Source: Octopus vulgaris
Taxonomy: Eukaryota
Reading direction: 5' to 3'
Assembly (NCBI GenBank): GCA_951406725.2
Contig: OX597834.1
Location: 21,638,001 to 21,702,000 of the forward strand
DNA length: 64,000 bases
Shown here in pieces: positions 1 to 13,177 of this stretch (the first letter of the stretch is position 1; every line of letters starts with the position of its first letter). The translations under genes were made by a program, and so were the position numbers. Below the pieces are notes generated by a model. It had not been told where the DNA came from. It saw only the letters and a program-made list of their open reading frames with translations, and searched no databases.

Positions 1-46
1 TGGCCAGCATATTAAAAAAATACCTTTTAAGGTAAAAATTATAAAC

Positions 47-255
47 AACTTATAAATAAGGGCAAAAGAAAAAAAATTTCTATGCCAAATATGCCAAGAA
101 AAGACTTTAAGTCGTCAATAACCACATATAATTCATCACTACAAGCACATGTCTCGAAGTAAGCTGATGAATTATATGTGGTTATTGACGATTTAAACTC
201 TATTGTCGGAATATTTGACATAGAAATTTTTTTCTTTTGCCCTTATTTATAAGTT
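47..255. repeat. Imperfect foldback (~92-bp arms, 26-bp spacer) of a dispersed repeat, probably a Penelope-like terminus
   Basis: 47-138 (aacttataaataagggcaaaag...aattcatca) is the reverse complement of 165-255. A single-arm copy of the same family lies at ~15440-15625. Confidence 0.7.
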
Positions 256-279
256 ATATATAAATATATGTATATATAT

Positions 280-620
280 ATGGTAATTGTAGTTAAGACA
301 CCAGTGCTGGTGACACGTAAAAGCACCGTTCGAGTGTAGCAGTTACTAGCATCGCCTGACTGGCGTCCGTGTTGGTGACATGTAAAAGCACCAACCGATC
401 GTGGCCGTTGCCAGCGTCCCTTGGCTCCTGTGCTGGTGGCACGTAAAAAACACCCACTACACTCACAGAGTGGTTGGCGTTAGGAAGGGCATCCAGCTGT
501 AGAAACACTGCCAAATCAGACTGGAGTCTGGTGCAGCCTCCATGGTTTACCAGACCCCAGTCAAACCGTCCAACCCATGCTAGCATGGAAAACGGACGTT
601 AAATGATGATGATGATAATG
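280..620 (+). mobile_element. SINE/LINE-tail family D copy ending in (GAT)n (RTE-like 3' end)
   Basis: ccatgctagcatggaaaacggacgttaaatgatgat terminus recurs at ~2910-3107, 12660-12870(-), 15862-16035(-), 36150-36365, 36500-36655(-) and 44440-44540. Confidence 0.7.
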
Positions 621-644
621 ATATATATATATATACACACATAT

Positions 645-841
645 TTACGAATTGGTGTCGAGAAATTTGTGTCTTTAGGTAAAAGAAAATACAGGAGGAT
701 AAAAATCTCTCAGATTCACACACTTAATGCGGCAGTCCTTCAGTTTTTCTAAGCCCTGTAAAAGAACTCAGGCGTTTGGACCTCCAACTAGGTATTTTGC
801 AAAACCGTTAGAGACAGGGACTTTTCAGTACTCCCTCATAT
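645..841 (-). mobile_element. Degenerate mariner-derived MITE
   Basis: Reverse-complement homolog of 36957-37173. Degenerate terminal inverted repeats, TA-rich flanks. Confidence 0.6.
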
Positions 842-886
842 ATATGTATGTATGTATGGATAGATGGATGGATGGATTATTTTATA

Positions 887-1080
887 GGGCAGTGGATTCA
901 GAGAATCATCGTCACAGTGTCAGGAAAAAGTGTTTTGCAGCATTTCTCCTGGCTTGTTCTGTTCTTAGTTCAAATTCTGCCAAGGTCATCTTTGCCTTTC
1001 ATCCTTTTGGAGTCAATAAAACACACCAGTCTAGCGCTGGGGTCGATGTAGTCAACTAGCGCACACCCTGTAAAATTTTT
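887..1080 (+). mobile_element. tRNA-derived SINE family B (degenerate copy)
   Basis: ttcaaattctgccaaggtc...tttgcctttcatccttttggagtcaataaa core shared with many copies in the window. Confidence 0.7.
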
Positions 1081-1320
1081 TATTGAAGTTCACAATGTAG
1101 CTCACATCAAAACAGCAAGTCTGTATCTTTGCACCAGGGGGCGGTCTCAGGCTGGTTAGCATCAAAAGGGTTACACCTCTTTCTCCTCACCCTGAGAAAA
1201 TTTCCCCCCACCCTTGCTTCTTTGCCACAATGTAAACAATATTTATATCATAAATATATTTTAACCTACTATTTGTCGTCATGCTCTTTGTCATACTTCT
1301 TAGAAATTTCAATTACACGC

Positions 1321-1353
1321 TTGTAATTATTGCTGTCTTTATTATTATTATTA

Positions 1354-1408
<55 letters not shown>

Positions 1409-1644
1409 TTTTTTTTTTTCTGAGGTTTGTGGTGGAATGTACACACACACACATTCTATGTACTCTATATGTGTGTGTATGTATGTATGTACACACTTGT
1501 ATACAAACACATACATATACCACACATATATATATACACACACACACACATACACGCATACACATACATATAGTGTCTGTGTGTATATATATATATGTAA
1601 ATACATTCATATATATATATATATACACATACATATATATCTAT

Positions 1645-1681
<37 letters not shown>

Positions 1682-1705
1682 TATATACACATACATGCAT
1701 ATGTA

Positions 1706-1752
<47 letters not shown>
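1321..1752. repeat. Compound microsatellite (TTA)n/(CA)n/(TA)n, representative of dozens of such blocks
   Basis: Directly visible. Explains the IYIYIY/HTHT/poly-I/poly-N ORFs in the track. Confidence 0.95.
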
Positions 1753-1754
<2 letters not shown>

Positions 1755-2200
1755 GGTATGTAGAAAACTTTCCATCTACGTATGTTAATTCAATTTTGTT
1801 ATCGTGTCATTATCCAAAAATATTTTTTTACAATAGCGCCTCTTCATCATTTTACCATTATTCAAAGAACTAATAGTCTAACAGCCTTCTTACAAACTCA
1901 AAACAATAATATCGTCTTTGTATGTGTGTATACATATATGTGCACACATAGATGTACATATGTATAAACGTGTATGTGCCCATGTGTGCGTGAGTTTGTT
2001 ATTGTTTTTACACCACCCGTTTTCTCTGTTTCTCGCGATGACGCCTTCCAAAACTCCTTAACACATATTTAACCAAACTCTCAACCTCTCAATATAGAAT
2101 ATTTGTTTTCCTTTGATGTTGTTTCCTGTTTATTGGTCCAGACCAATTTCTTTACATAACAATTCTTGCAGTACATTTTCCCTTCTTCAAAACAATCTGC

Positions 2201-2231
<31 letters not shown>

Positions 2232-2244
2232 ATTTATCACAACA

Positions 2245-2641
2245 AGCACCAGTGTGGTTGTGTGGTTAAGAAGCTTGCTTTCTAGCCTTGAGATCTTGGG
2301 TTCAGTTCTGCTGTGCAGCACCTTGGAGACAAATGACTTCTAGTATAGTTCCTGGATAAGCAAAGCCTTGTGAGCGAAGTCACTAGATAGAAACTGAAAG
2401 AAGCCCATCGAATGTGTGTGTGTGTATTTGTTATTTGTGTCTGTGTTTGTCTCTTCACCATTGCTTGACAACCGATGTTGGTGTGTTTACGTCCCCGTAA
2501 CTTAATGGTTTGGCAAAAGAGACCAATAGAATAAGTACTAAGCTTACAAAGAATAAGTCCTGGGGTTGATTTGTTCGACTAAAAGGTCGTGCTCCAGCAT
2601 GGCCACAGTCAAATGACTGAAACAAATAGAAGAATAAAGAG
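2245..2641 (+). mobile_element. tRNA-derived SINE family A, near full length
   Basis: Head gtggttgtgtggttaagaagcttgct...gggttcagttc, internal (GT)n, tail cagtcaaatgactgaaacaa. Aligns by eye with 5283-5668. Confidence 0.85.
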
Positions 2642-2652
2642 AATAATAAATA

Positions 2653-2706
<54 letters not shown>

Positions 2707-2804
2707 ATGTTTTGAGTATATATCCTCTACTTTTTCCTATTTATATCATCAACCTATATATATGTATACATATACATATATATATATATATATATACATA
2801 CTTG

Positions 2805-2909
<105 letters not shown>

Positions 2910-3495
2910 CTGGCCCCCATGCTGGTTGCATGTAAAAAAACACCCACTACACCCTCGGAATGATTGGTGTTAGGAATAGTATCCAGCTGTAGGAACCTTG
3001 CCAGATCAGAGTGGACTCTGGTGCAGCCTCCTGGCTTGCCAATCCCTCAGTCAAACCGTCTAACCCATGCCAGCATGGAAAGTGGACGTTAAACGACGAT
3101 GATGATTCATAGACAAAGCTTAAACTTCGAAATCCCAATCAACCTGCAACTTATAACTGTAAAATTAATATATGATAATCTGTTAAAAATAATTGAATGA
3201 TCCTTCAATTAATGTTGGGTTTTTTTCATCAAATATATAATTATAGATTAAAAAGAAATATTATATATATAAAGACACATATATCTTTCTGTCTGTCTAT
3301 CTAATCTATCTAATGTGTGTGTGTTTCTGTATATATACATGTATATATACATACACATGTATGTATGCATTTACGTATGTATATATTTATAAATATATAT
3401 ATATATATATATATACATACATACATATATATGTGGAAACCTAAATATACACAAAAAAAACTGTGTACACATGCACAAAAGCAGATATATATATG

Positions 3496-3548
<53 letters not shown>

Positions 3549-3700
3549 ATATATATATATGTATATATATGATGATGATGTTGACGATGATGATGATGAT
3601 GATAATCTTTTGTTGAACCGGTACGTTACGAGGATGTATACACGCCAACACTGGTTATCAAGCGGTGGGTGGGTGTTGAGAAACAGAAACATACACACAC

Positions 3701-3742
<42 letters not shown>

Positions 3743-4228
3743 GCACACATTTTCAGACACACATAGACAAGTACATAATGTACAGGAATTGGTGTGGTTT
3801 GGAAAGAGGCTTGAGGAGGAAATGAAAAATAATTTGAAGAAAACCATAAATGAATTATTAAAAAAAAAAAGAAAAAGAAATATCTAAATACATTCCACAA
3901 TATTGTTAAGTCAAATAAGTGCAAAATTTTCTATTTTCTGTAAAAATAATCCATCAAAATGTAAGTCTTTGACAAAATGGAAACATTTCATACTTGGAAT
4001 TTCCCTGAAGAGATCTTCTTCTATATGGAAATAATTTCAATTTTCTGGTTCCTCACACTATCCACCAAAAACCAACAAACAAACAAACAAATCGAGCCTC
4101 TTTTTTTTCATTTCTAATTCTATTTTTTTTTATTTTCTTTTATTCTGTGCATGTTTCCAAGTCTGCACTATAATTTCTGCAAACTGAAGAATTAACCATT
4201 GCACACAATAAACATGGAAGCAGAGTCT

Positions 4229-4452
4229 TTAACCCTTCATTATACAATGCATTATGTCAAACATAATGCTTATTAATCCACATTATCTACAGTTAATCCT
4301 CCATTATCTTATAGCTTTAAGATTTCCATAATGTTATTGCTTATTTTTAGAATGACATTGTAGGGTAGGCATGAGAGGCCAGATCTGCCCAGTTTGAACA
4401 TACAACAGGTAGAATATTTGGGCCAGATATGACTGGTTTAAATCCTAAAGGC
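4229..4452. mobile_element. piggyBac-like MITE (TTAA-CCCT termini, degenerate)
   Basis: Starts ttaaccctt and ends ...ctaaaggcaaa (decayed aaagggttaa); ~220 bp and non-coding. Confidence 0.45.
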
Positions 4453-4477
4453 AAAGAGGAGTCTATATATGTATGTA

Positions 4478-4541
<64 letters not shown>

Positions 4542-4550
4542 CATGTATGT

Positions 4551-4840
4551 GTGGAGGTTCAATGGCCCAGTGGTTAGGGCAGCGGACTCGTGGTCGTAGA
4601 ATTGTGGTTTCGATTCCCAGACCGGGCGTTGTGTGTGTTTATTGAGCGAAAACACCTAAAAAGCTCCATGATGCTCCGGCAGGGGGTGGTGGTGATCCCT
4701 GCTGTACACTTTCACCACTCTTTCTCTCATTCTTTCTTCTGTTGGCCTACTCGCTTAGCCAGTGGGGAGGCGTCATTTGAAGGCTAAAATTGTGACCAGC
4801 AATGTGTAACAGCATCTGATGGTCTGGTCGGTCACATGAT
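4551..4840 (+). mobile_element. tRNA-derived SINE family C
   Basis: A-box tggcccagtgg, B-box gtttcgattcc. Same head at 18500, 47127 and 57204. Confidence 0.85.
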
Positions 4841-5140
4841 ATATATATATATATATTAGAAGGTTTGGAGATATGTGTATATATATATATATATATATAC
4901 AAGGTTTGGACATGATGTGTATATATATTTATTTCTGTATGTATATATTTATTTATTTATTTATTTAAGGCCCCCGCCCTCTTGAAATTTGATAGAAAAT
5001 CTTTACCCTGGATTCTGCAAAGGGTTTGCTTCTTATCTACCTTGAATAATTTCTCTGAGAGATGAATGTTATGGTTGGACGGTCAAAGGTACAGTATGTC
5101 TGGAAAGCTGTCATAGATAGTTGATTTTGATTGGTTAGAC

Positions 5141-5775
5141 CAATAGTTCTCAACTGGGGTCCACATGACCCTTAACGGTCCATATAAGATTTTCTTGTTA
5201 AAATTTATCAGCAGTACGCTTCTACAATGCATAAAACCTTTTGATATTTTTTTTCTTATGCAATACCTAATAATATCTAACTAGGAGGAGTGGCTGTGTG
5301 GTAAGTAGCTTGCTTACCAACCACATGGTTCCGGGTTCAGTCCCACTGCGTGGCACCTTAGGCAAGTGTCTTCTACTATAGCTTCGGGCTGACCAAAGCC
5401 TTGTGAGTGGATTTGGTGGATGGAAACTGAAGGAAGCCCGTCGTATATATGTATGTGTGTGTATATGTTTGTGTGTCTGTGTTTGTCCCCCAACATTGCT
5501 TGACAACCGATGCTAGTGTGTTTACGTCCACATCACTTAGTGGTTTGGCAAAGGAGACCAATAGAATAAGTACTAGGCTTACAAAGAATAAGTCCTGGGT
5601 TGATTTCTCCGACTAAAGGCGGTGCTCCAGCATGGCCGCAGTCAAATGACTGAAACAAGTAAAAGAGTATTAAAAATATAAAAGGATTTTTTTAAAACAT
5701 CGAACAGCTTTGAGGGTCCACGAGAGTAAAATAAGAATCTGAGGGGGTTCATTGGTAGAAAATGATTGAGGGCAA
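5141..5775. mobile_element. hAT-like MITE interrupted by a family A SINE
   Basis: Begins caatagttctcaactggggtcc (resembles CAGTGGTTCTCAAC-type TIR); sequence resumes after the SINE; right end decayed. Confidence 0.4.
5283..5668 (+). mobile_element. SINE family A, full length, consensus-like
   Basis: aggagtggctgtgtggtaagtagcttg...ggttcagtccc...ggcaagtgtcttctactatagc...gactgaaacaagtaaaaga. Confidence 0.9.
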
Positions 5776-7377
5776 AAAGGGGTTGTGCACACGGTACCCC
5801 TACATGCTGGAGATAACTTGAGATTCTTAGTGTGAACAGAAGTATTCTAAAGATGCTTATGGAGGTTGGAGAACAATTGGGGTCATACAACAACAACAAT
5901 AAGAACAATAACCAAAACTACCATACATGTTATGTGTATTAAAACACATGCTCTGAATTTCCATGTGGGACTGGAGCAGGGGGGGGGGGCGAAATAGGGA
6001 AGCTTTTTGGCTTGGAGTCAGCTGCCATTGAGAGGTTATGTATTGGATATCAGTATATATATGTGTGTGTGTGTGTGTATGAAGTGTATCTGTATGTATG
6101 CATTTGTACATGAATGTCTACATGTATGTACGTAGGTAAATAAACTTGTAATGTGTATGTATGTGTTGAATATAAATCTTTGTCTGTCTATCTTTCTTTC
6201 TCTTTAATTGAATATGTGTGTGTGTGTATATATATATATATGTATACATGTATACTTGTGTGTGTGTGTGTATAGACATGTGTATATGTATATACATAAA
6301 TGTATGTATGTATATATGTATACACATATATTCATATATACATACATACATACATACATACATGCATACATATATGTATATGTATATGTATGTATTTGTA
6401 TGTGCATATATATATACATGTGTATAAATGTGTGTATGTATGTGTATATATATGTGTGTGTGTGTGTGCATATGCATGTGCTTACACAAACACAGACACA
6501 CACATATAAAAGAATGATTGAATGAAATATGTGTCGGAAAAAGCTGCTTTCTGTGGCACTGTAAGTCAGTCATTCTGGAGTGTCTCGGAGTGGGGATGGT
6601 CGAGGGGCATCAACACAGCTGTTAATTCATTTGGAATATTCTGAAAGTCGTTAATTGGAAAGGAAGAAATACGTGAATGTTGTAGAGTGTATCTGAAGAA
6701 ATGGCATCTGAACGAAGGTAAAAAGGAAGAAAGGAAGGAAGGAGTGAAATAAGGAAAAATCTAGCTGGGCTGGGCTATGTCTATCACTGAATGCAGGGCT
6801 TCTGTAAGTTTAGTCATAGCTGGAATAACAAGGAATAAAGCGCCAGATGCTGAGAGTTTAGTAAGACGCTCCTGAGAATTACATATATTAGATATTTTTA
6901 TTATTTGTTTGTGTATTTTGGATGTGGGGTGTGTGGGATGAGAGGTGACTTTTTTAAATGAGGTAGGATCTCGGGGGTTTGGGGGCTGAGAGTTGGGGGT
7001 TGGCATTTCAGTGGGGTTTACCCAGGTGAGACACTATTAAATAAATGAAAACAACCTATTAGGAAAATTTAAGAACGAACTGATAGGGTTGCTTTTGTGT
7101 GGTTGGTTGCTCTTTTTTGTAGAAATAGCAGCCAAATATGTTATCTTGATGGATGAAAATGGAAGGGGACAGCAGATAGTGCGGTCTTTGTTGTGCTTAT
7201 CGGAAGAAGGGGGTAATTTGAAATAAAAAAAGGGTGGATTTCAGAGTTGGGTGTCTCAGTGGGGTTACCCAGGAGAATCCTTACTAAATGAATAAAACCT
7301 ATTAAAATAGAAAAAAAATGAGAAAAAAGAATAACCAATATGAGAGCTCAATTATTCATTCAAACACACACAGATAT

Positions 7378-7742
7378 ATCATCATCATCATCATCATTAT
7401 CATTGTTGTTTTCATCATCATTAGCATCGTCTTTCTCATCATCATCATCGTTATCATTGTCGTCATCATCATCGTTCTTGTTATCATTATCATCATCTTT
7501 GACGTCATCGTCATCATCATCAATTTTCTTGTTATCATCATTGTTATTGTCATCATCATAATCATCATCATCATCATTGTTGTTATCATCATCATTATCA
7601 TCATCTTTCTCATCATCATCATCGTTATCATTTTCATCATCATCATCATTGACATCGTCGTCGTCATCATCATCGATTTTCTTGTTATTGTCATCATCAT
7701 CATCATTGTTATTGTCATCATCATCACCATCATCATCACCAT
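7378..7742. repeat. Imperfect (CAT)n trinucleotide array with internal higher-order duplication
   Basis: atc/gtc/att triplets; blocks such as tttctcatcatcatcatcgttatcatt and ttttcttgttat recur about 170 bp apart. Confidence 0.9.
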
Positions 7743-7779
7743 TTTCTATGCTCCTACCTTAATCTATCCACCATATATT

Positions 7780-8209
7780 GGATTCAAATTTTGGAACAAG
7801 GCCAGCAGTTTCAAGGGCCAGGAGTCAGTTGATTACATCAACCCCAAATGCTCAAATGGAGCTTATTGTATCAACCCCTAAAGGGATGAAAAACAACGTC
7901 AACCCAGGCAGAATTTGAACTTAGAATGTCAAGTTGGAAAACCTGCTGTTAAGCATTTTGTCCAGCACAGTAATGGTTCTGCCACTTTGCCACTTTAATC
8001 CATCCACCACGCATGGCTTTTACATTTTGGCACAACATCAGCAATTTTGGGGGAGGGTGCTGTTCATTACGCCAACCCCTGTTCTTAACTGGATGAAAGG
8101 CAAAGCCAGCCCCAGCAGCATTGGAACCCAGAACATGTAAGTCAGAAGAAATGCAGCTAAGCATTTTGTCTGACATGCTAACCATTCTGAAAGCTTACCA
8201 CCTTAATAA

Positions 8210-8258
<49 letters not shown>

Positions 8259-8907
8259 TAATAATAATATAAAGATCTTGAAATAGAAATCAGCAAAATG
8301 TGGAACCTGAAGACTAAAACAATACCTGTTGTCATAGGTGCCCTGGGAATGATAGCAAAAGGGGCTGACCGCTACCTAACTCAGATACCAGGAAACCCCA
8401 AAATGGCAGAAATTCAAAAGATAGTGCTCATGGAAACTGCTCATATCCTATGCAAAATACTTTCTATGTAATCTCAAGTTCTAAAACAAACATAATTTTC
8501 TTTTTCTTTTTTTGGGGGGGGGCATTCACTAGTACAACACTAAATACAAAACCAAATATATGGCACACTAGGCATAACAACAATACGAACTTCCAATCTG
8601 TTGTCTCTTGAGGTCTCTGGGTGAGACTTGGAGCTAACTTGTACAAATATAAAGCAAAAGTCAAACATAATAATAATAATAATAATAATAATAATCCTTT
8701 CTGCTGGAAGAATAAAGCCTCAAATTTGGGGGAAGGGATTAAGTAGATTACATCGACCCCAGTGCATAACTGGTACTTATTTAATTGATCCTGAAAGGAT
8801 GGAAAGCAGAGTCGACCTCGGTGGAATTTGAACTCAGAACATAGCAACAAATGAAATACTGCTCAACATTTCGCCCAGTGTGCTAGCAATTCTGCCAGCA
8901 CACCGCC

Positions 8908-8986
<79 letters not shown>

Positions 8987-9480
8987 CGATTTCGTTTATT
9001 TGCCACAAGGTCAAAGGATGAGGGGAACAATACAAAGACAAATAATAATAATCATTTCAACTAAAGGCACAAGGCCTGAAATTTGAGGGGATGGGCTAAT
9101 TAATCATATCAATCCAAGTGCATAACTGGTAATTAATTTATTGACCCTGAAAGGATGAAAATCAAAGCTGACCTCAGCAGAATTTGAACTCAGATTGTCA
9201 ATGGACACCCCTCGTAAAATAATAATAACAATAATAATAATAATAATAATGATAATAATAATAATGATAATAGTAATAGTTTCAAATTTAGGTACAAAGC
9301 CAGCAATTTTGAAGGGAGTGGATGAGATGATTACATCAACCCCAGTATACAACTGGGACTTATTTTATTGACCCTAATAGGATGAATGGCAAAGCTGGTC
9401 CCTGCAGAATTTGAACTCAAAAGCAATACCACCAAGCACTTTGTCCAGAGTGTTAATGGTTCTACCAGTTCACTACCTTC
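7780..9480 (-). mobile_element. Cluster of about five family B SINE copies separated by (TAA)n
   Basis: Repeated aaaggatgaaaggcaaag...gaatttgaactcagaa blocks near 7880, 8090, 8795, 9150 and 9380. Confidence 0.8.
8268..8667 (+). mobile_element. 5'-truncated R4/Dong-type non-LTR retrotransposon (restriction-like endonuclease C-terminus plus 3' UTR) in (TAA)n
   Basis: Frame 8268-8471 reads YKDLEIEISKMWNLKTKTIPVVIGALGMI...EIQKIVLMETAHILCKILSM*, the KYxDL...PVVIGALG motif of R4-clade RLE domains. (TAA)n on both sides. Confidence 0.85.
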
Positions 9481-9740
9481 GTCTGTCCACCACATATCAA
9501 AAACTCAGAATAATTACTCCCTCTCTTTTCATTAGCTTAATTTGTTTAATTACTTTATACTAAAAATAGCCAAATTTTTTTTTTTTTAAGAATTTTAGAA
9601 TTCTTTTCTGGCACCAACCAGAAACTTATTGATGCAAATCTTGGCAGTTACCATGAAATTTTACCAACAACACAGAATGAAAAAAATAAATTAAGAATTA
9701 TTTCGTCTCTGAGCATTCCACCCTCAAACTTTTTTCATTT

Positions 9741-9783
<43 letters not shown>

Positions 9784-9916
9784 TTTTGTTTTGACATCTT
9801 TATTTTTACATAATTTCTTTCCCATTTCTTCCTGGAACCTGTCATTTCAGACCACCTCTTAAGAACAAATGCTTCCAAATACCAAAAAAAAAAAAAAATA
9901 ATAATAATAATGATGA

Positions 9917-9951
<35 letters not shown>

Positions 9952-10466
9952 AATATAATAGCAAAAAGACATTGTTGAAGGGTTGTTTTTTTCTTCTGAA
10001 ACTGCGAAATTCTTGTTTTCTCTTTTTTTTTATTTTTCTTGGCAAGGAAGGGGGGGCGCTAGTTTTACCTTTTCATTTATATTTTTTGTTTTTCACACCA
10101 TTATCTAACAGTGACAGGAAATATTCTCGTTATATTTATTGCTTTTCAATTACTTATGTCTAAATTATGACATACTCAATGAAATATTAGCTCGTATAGT
10201 TTTACCTGTGAATATACTTCAAAGTTTTTAAAATAAAATGGAACAAAAACGTTCTTACTTCAATACTTAGCTTCTTATTTACCTTTGTTGCTGTTGCTGT
10301 AGTAATTTTTAGGCTTTTTTTTTAGCTGATGTTTTCTTTGTGTCTTTAAGTCGTTCCGTCTGTCAAACATCTTTGAAATTTCCTAAAAGACTTGCTTGTA
10401 TGATATATAGTTGCTAAAAATAAAAAAAATATTTTGTTTTAATTTTTTGTGAGTTGCTGATGATCT

Positions 10467-10842
10467 TGTTTCAGTCACTTGACTGTGGCCATTCTGGGGC
10501 ACCACCTTGAAGGGTTTTAGTTGAACAACTTGACCCCAGGACTTATTTTTGTGGGCGGGGGACTTGGTACTTATTCTATTGGTCTCTTTTTACTGAACTG
10601 CTAAGTTTCAGGGATGTAAACACACCAATGCCAGTTGTCAAGCAGTGATGGATGGAACAAACACAGAAACAGAGACACACAGACAGACATATTACACACA
10701 TACACAGTTTCCATCTACCCAATCCCTTCACATGGCTTTGGTCAGTCCAAGACTTTAGTAGAAGACACTTGCCCAATGTACTACGCAGTGAGACTGAACC
10801 CAGAACCAAGTGGTTGGGAAGCAAGCTTCTTACCACACAGCC
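10467..10842 (-). mobile_element. SINE family A
   Basis: Reverse-complement match to 5283-5668. Confidence 0.85.
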
Positions 10843-12029
10843 AGATGTGAGTTGTGGATGTTCTTGTTTAACCCCTTGTCAGCTCTGATCAAGTAGATCT
10901 ATGGCGATCAAAAGCATTCCATTTGTGGCCCTCCCACCTTATCTTATATGTACACATGCGTGTGAGTGTGTTTGTTTGTGTCTCATTGTCTTGTCATTAC
11001 ATAGTAGTTGTAAACAAGTGTCCCCGTCATACAAGCAGTGTTGTTCATTTCCAATATTCTGCAAGAGCATGTCTGACCAAGGGGAAATATCACCTACCTT
11101 GAAAACGAGTGAGCATTGGTGATATGAAGGGCATTTGGCCATAGAAAATCGGCTTCAATAAACCTCACCTAACCTTTGCAAACATGGAAAAGAGGACTTT
11201 AACAATGATAATGGTATATGTGTGTGTTTGTATACACAATAGGCTTCTGCACAGTTTCCATTTATTGATGTTACTATTAAAAAGACATTGATGAACCGGA
11301 GACCACAGTAGCAGGCACTTGAAATGCTATGCAGTTGAATCGAACACAAGACCATGAGGTTGCAAACAAAAGTTCTTGACTTCAAAGTGATGTCTACAAG
11401 TTGTTAAACTTGAAGAAGTAATACCATTCTTAAAAGTCTGAGGAGTTTTGAAAGTTCTTCCTAATCTTGTTGTGATGGCCTTAATGTCGTCATTCTGACA
11501 GGAATATGCATGTAAAATGCTTATAAATAAAGCTCATATGCAAGTTCATCTCCTAACTTTTTAATAGACACTTTCTTCTGTCTTCTCAATTATGGAAATT
11601 TTGGAAACACGTTCCTCCAGTAATCATATCTATAATTACGTTGTATTGTCTTGCTATTAATATTTAATAAGATACTGTCTTCACACCTTCAATGAAAATT
11701 CTTTTAGTTTCAAAGAATTATTGGTAGCGGCAGTAGCAGCAACTGCTAAATTTTGCTGCTAGATGTTCTTTCTTTCTTTTTCTTTTTCTTTTTCTTTTTT
11801 TTTTGGTTTAGCATCCATCTAACCCATGCTGGGTAAGTTGGAGAAATGTTCAAGGCAAGATCTTATGGCTGGGTGCTCTTCCTGCCTCCAACTCTCATAT
11901 AGTTTCTCTGGTAAACGACTTTAAAATTCTATGGGTCTGTGTAAAAGGGCAGAGTTAACGGTCATAATGTCAACAACAGCACTGCTTTGTTTACAGGGCA
12001 AATAAGCAAAATACCTCTATGGACATTTA

Positions 12030-12098
12030 GGTGGTGGTGGTGGTGGTGGTGGTGGTGGTGGCGGCGGCGGCGGCGGCGGCGGTTAGGAGGAGGAGGAG
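12030..12098. repeat. Compound G-rich trinucleotide tract (GGT)n(GGC)n(GGA)n
   Basis: Directly visible. Confidence 0.9.
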
Positions 12099-12189
12099 TC
12101 AACTTTGACCAACAACAGCCTGGTGGTGGGGTGGGGCCTGAATTTATTCCAATTAACAACAGAAACAGTATTGAGCTTTTGATACTAAC

Positions 12190-13177
12190 TTACCTTTTGA
12201 AATTTGAAACTGATTTACCTAACCCTGCCCCCCGGTAGAACCAAGCTTAATGTTCTAAAATGAAGTAAATTAAAATCTTTTATCAAGATTTCATGTTAAT
12301 ATATGTTCCAAACAGCAGACTAATAATGATAAAATTGTTTTACAAAACTCTTTATTATCTTCAAAATTAATTGGAACATCGGCAGTGGATTTCAATAAAA
12401 AATATGGTAGCAGAATGGTTAAGTGGATCTCATCTGCTTTTTATAAAACAGCCAACATTTGAAACGGTCTTTCTGGGTTCCCTACATATCAACTTACAAG
12501 CTTAATAATTTTTTTGGTACCAGCCTACCAAAGACTGTTTCTGGTTCTATGATACACCTTCCATGTTTTAAAGTGATCTAAATTAAAACCTTCCATTAAA
12601 ATTTCAAGTAATCTACATTCCAAGCTCCAAATTCACCATCTTCGTCGTCGTCATCATCATCATCATCATTAGACATCTGTTTTCCATGCTGGCATGGGGT
12701 GGGTAGTTTGACAGGATCCAATAAGCTCCAGGGTAATGTTAAGTTCCAATGTCATGTTTGGCATGATTTCTGTGTCTGGGTGCCCCTTCTTAATGCCGAC
12801 CATTTCACAGTGTGTACCAGGTGCTTTTCTTGTGGCACCAGCACTAGTGAGGTTGTCGAGTAACTTGCAAGATGAGAAAAGAACAGGAAAAAGGAATAAT
12901 AAAAATGCTCTCCTGGCTAAGTGGAGACAGGGACATTTGAGAACAGGGCCACAGTTTTATGCCAGGTGTTGAGATGCTAAAGTATGACAGAAGCACAAGT
13001 CCAGGTTATTTACTATTAAGGAGATACATGGCTAAGCAATATTATATAAGTATAGGTGGAAGCAGCCTGAAAAGAGAATAGTGATGGTTGACAAAATTAT
13101 TTTACTAAATTCAGCATTTTTAAGATTATGGGAAACAAAGGTAGAATACTTCAATAGAACTACAACAAAAGGGTTAA
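12190..13177. mobile_element. Two degenerate piggyBac-like MITE copies, the second split by a family D element
   Basis: Shared aaattaaaa(t/c)ctt...atttca block at ~12265 and ~12580; ends ...ggttaa at 12422 and aaagggttaa at 13177; related to 62324-62553. Confidence 0.45.

Noticed and set aside
164-170. CTGATGA as a hammerhead core (also ~33966, ~44596, ~55731)
   Set aside because: No correctly placed helix II plus GAAA downstream.
1269-1788. Long ORFs rich in IY/HT/VC/poly-I/poly-N (also 13527-14249, 17225-17752, 21275-21921, 39035-39597 and others)
   Set aside because: Translations of di- and trinucleotide microsatellites that lack stop codons; no coding signal.
4551-4630. tRNA gene
   Set aside because: A and B boxes are present but there is no proper acceptor stem, and the sequence continues into a multi-copy SINE body.
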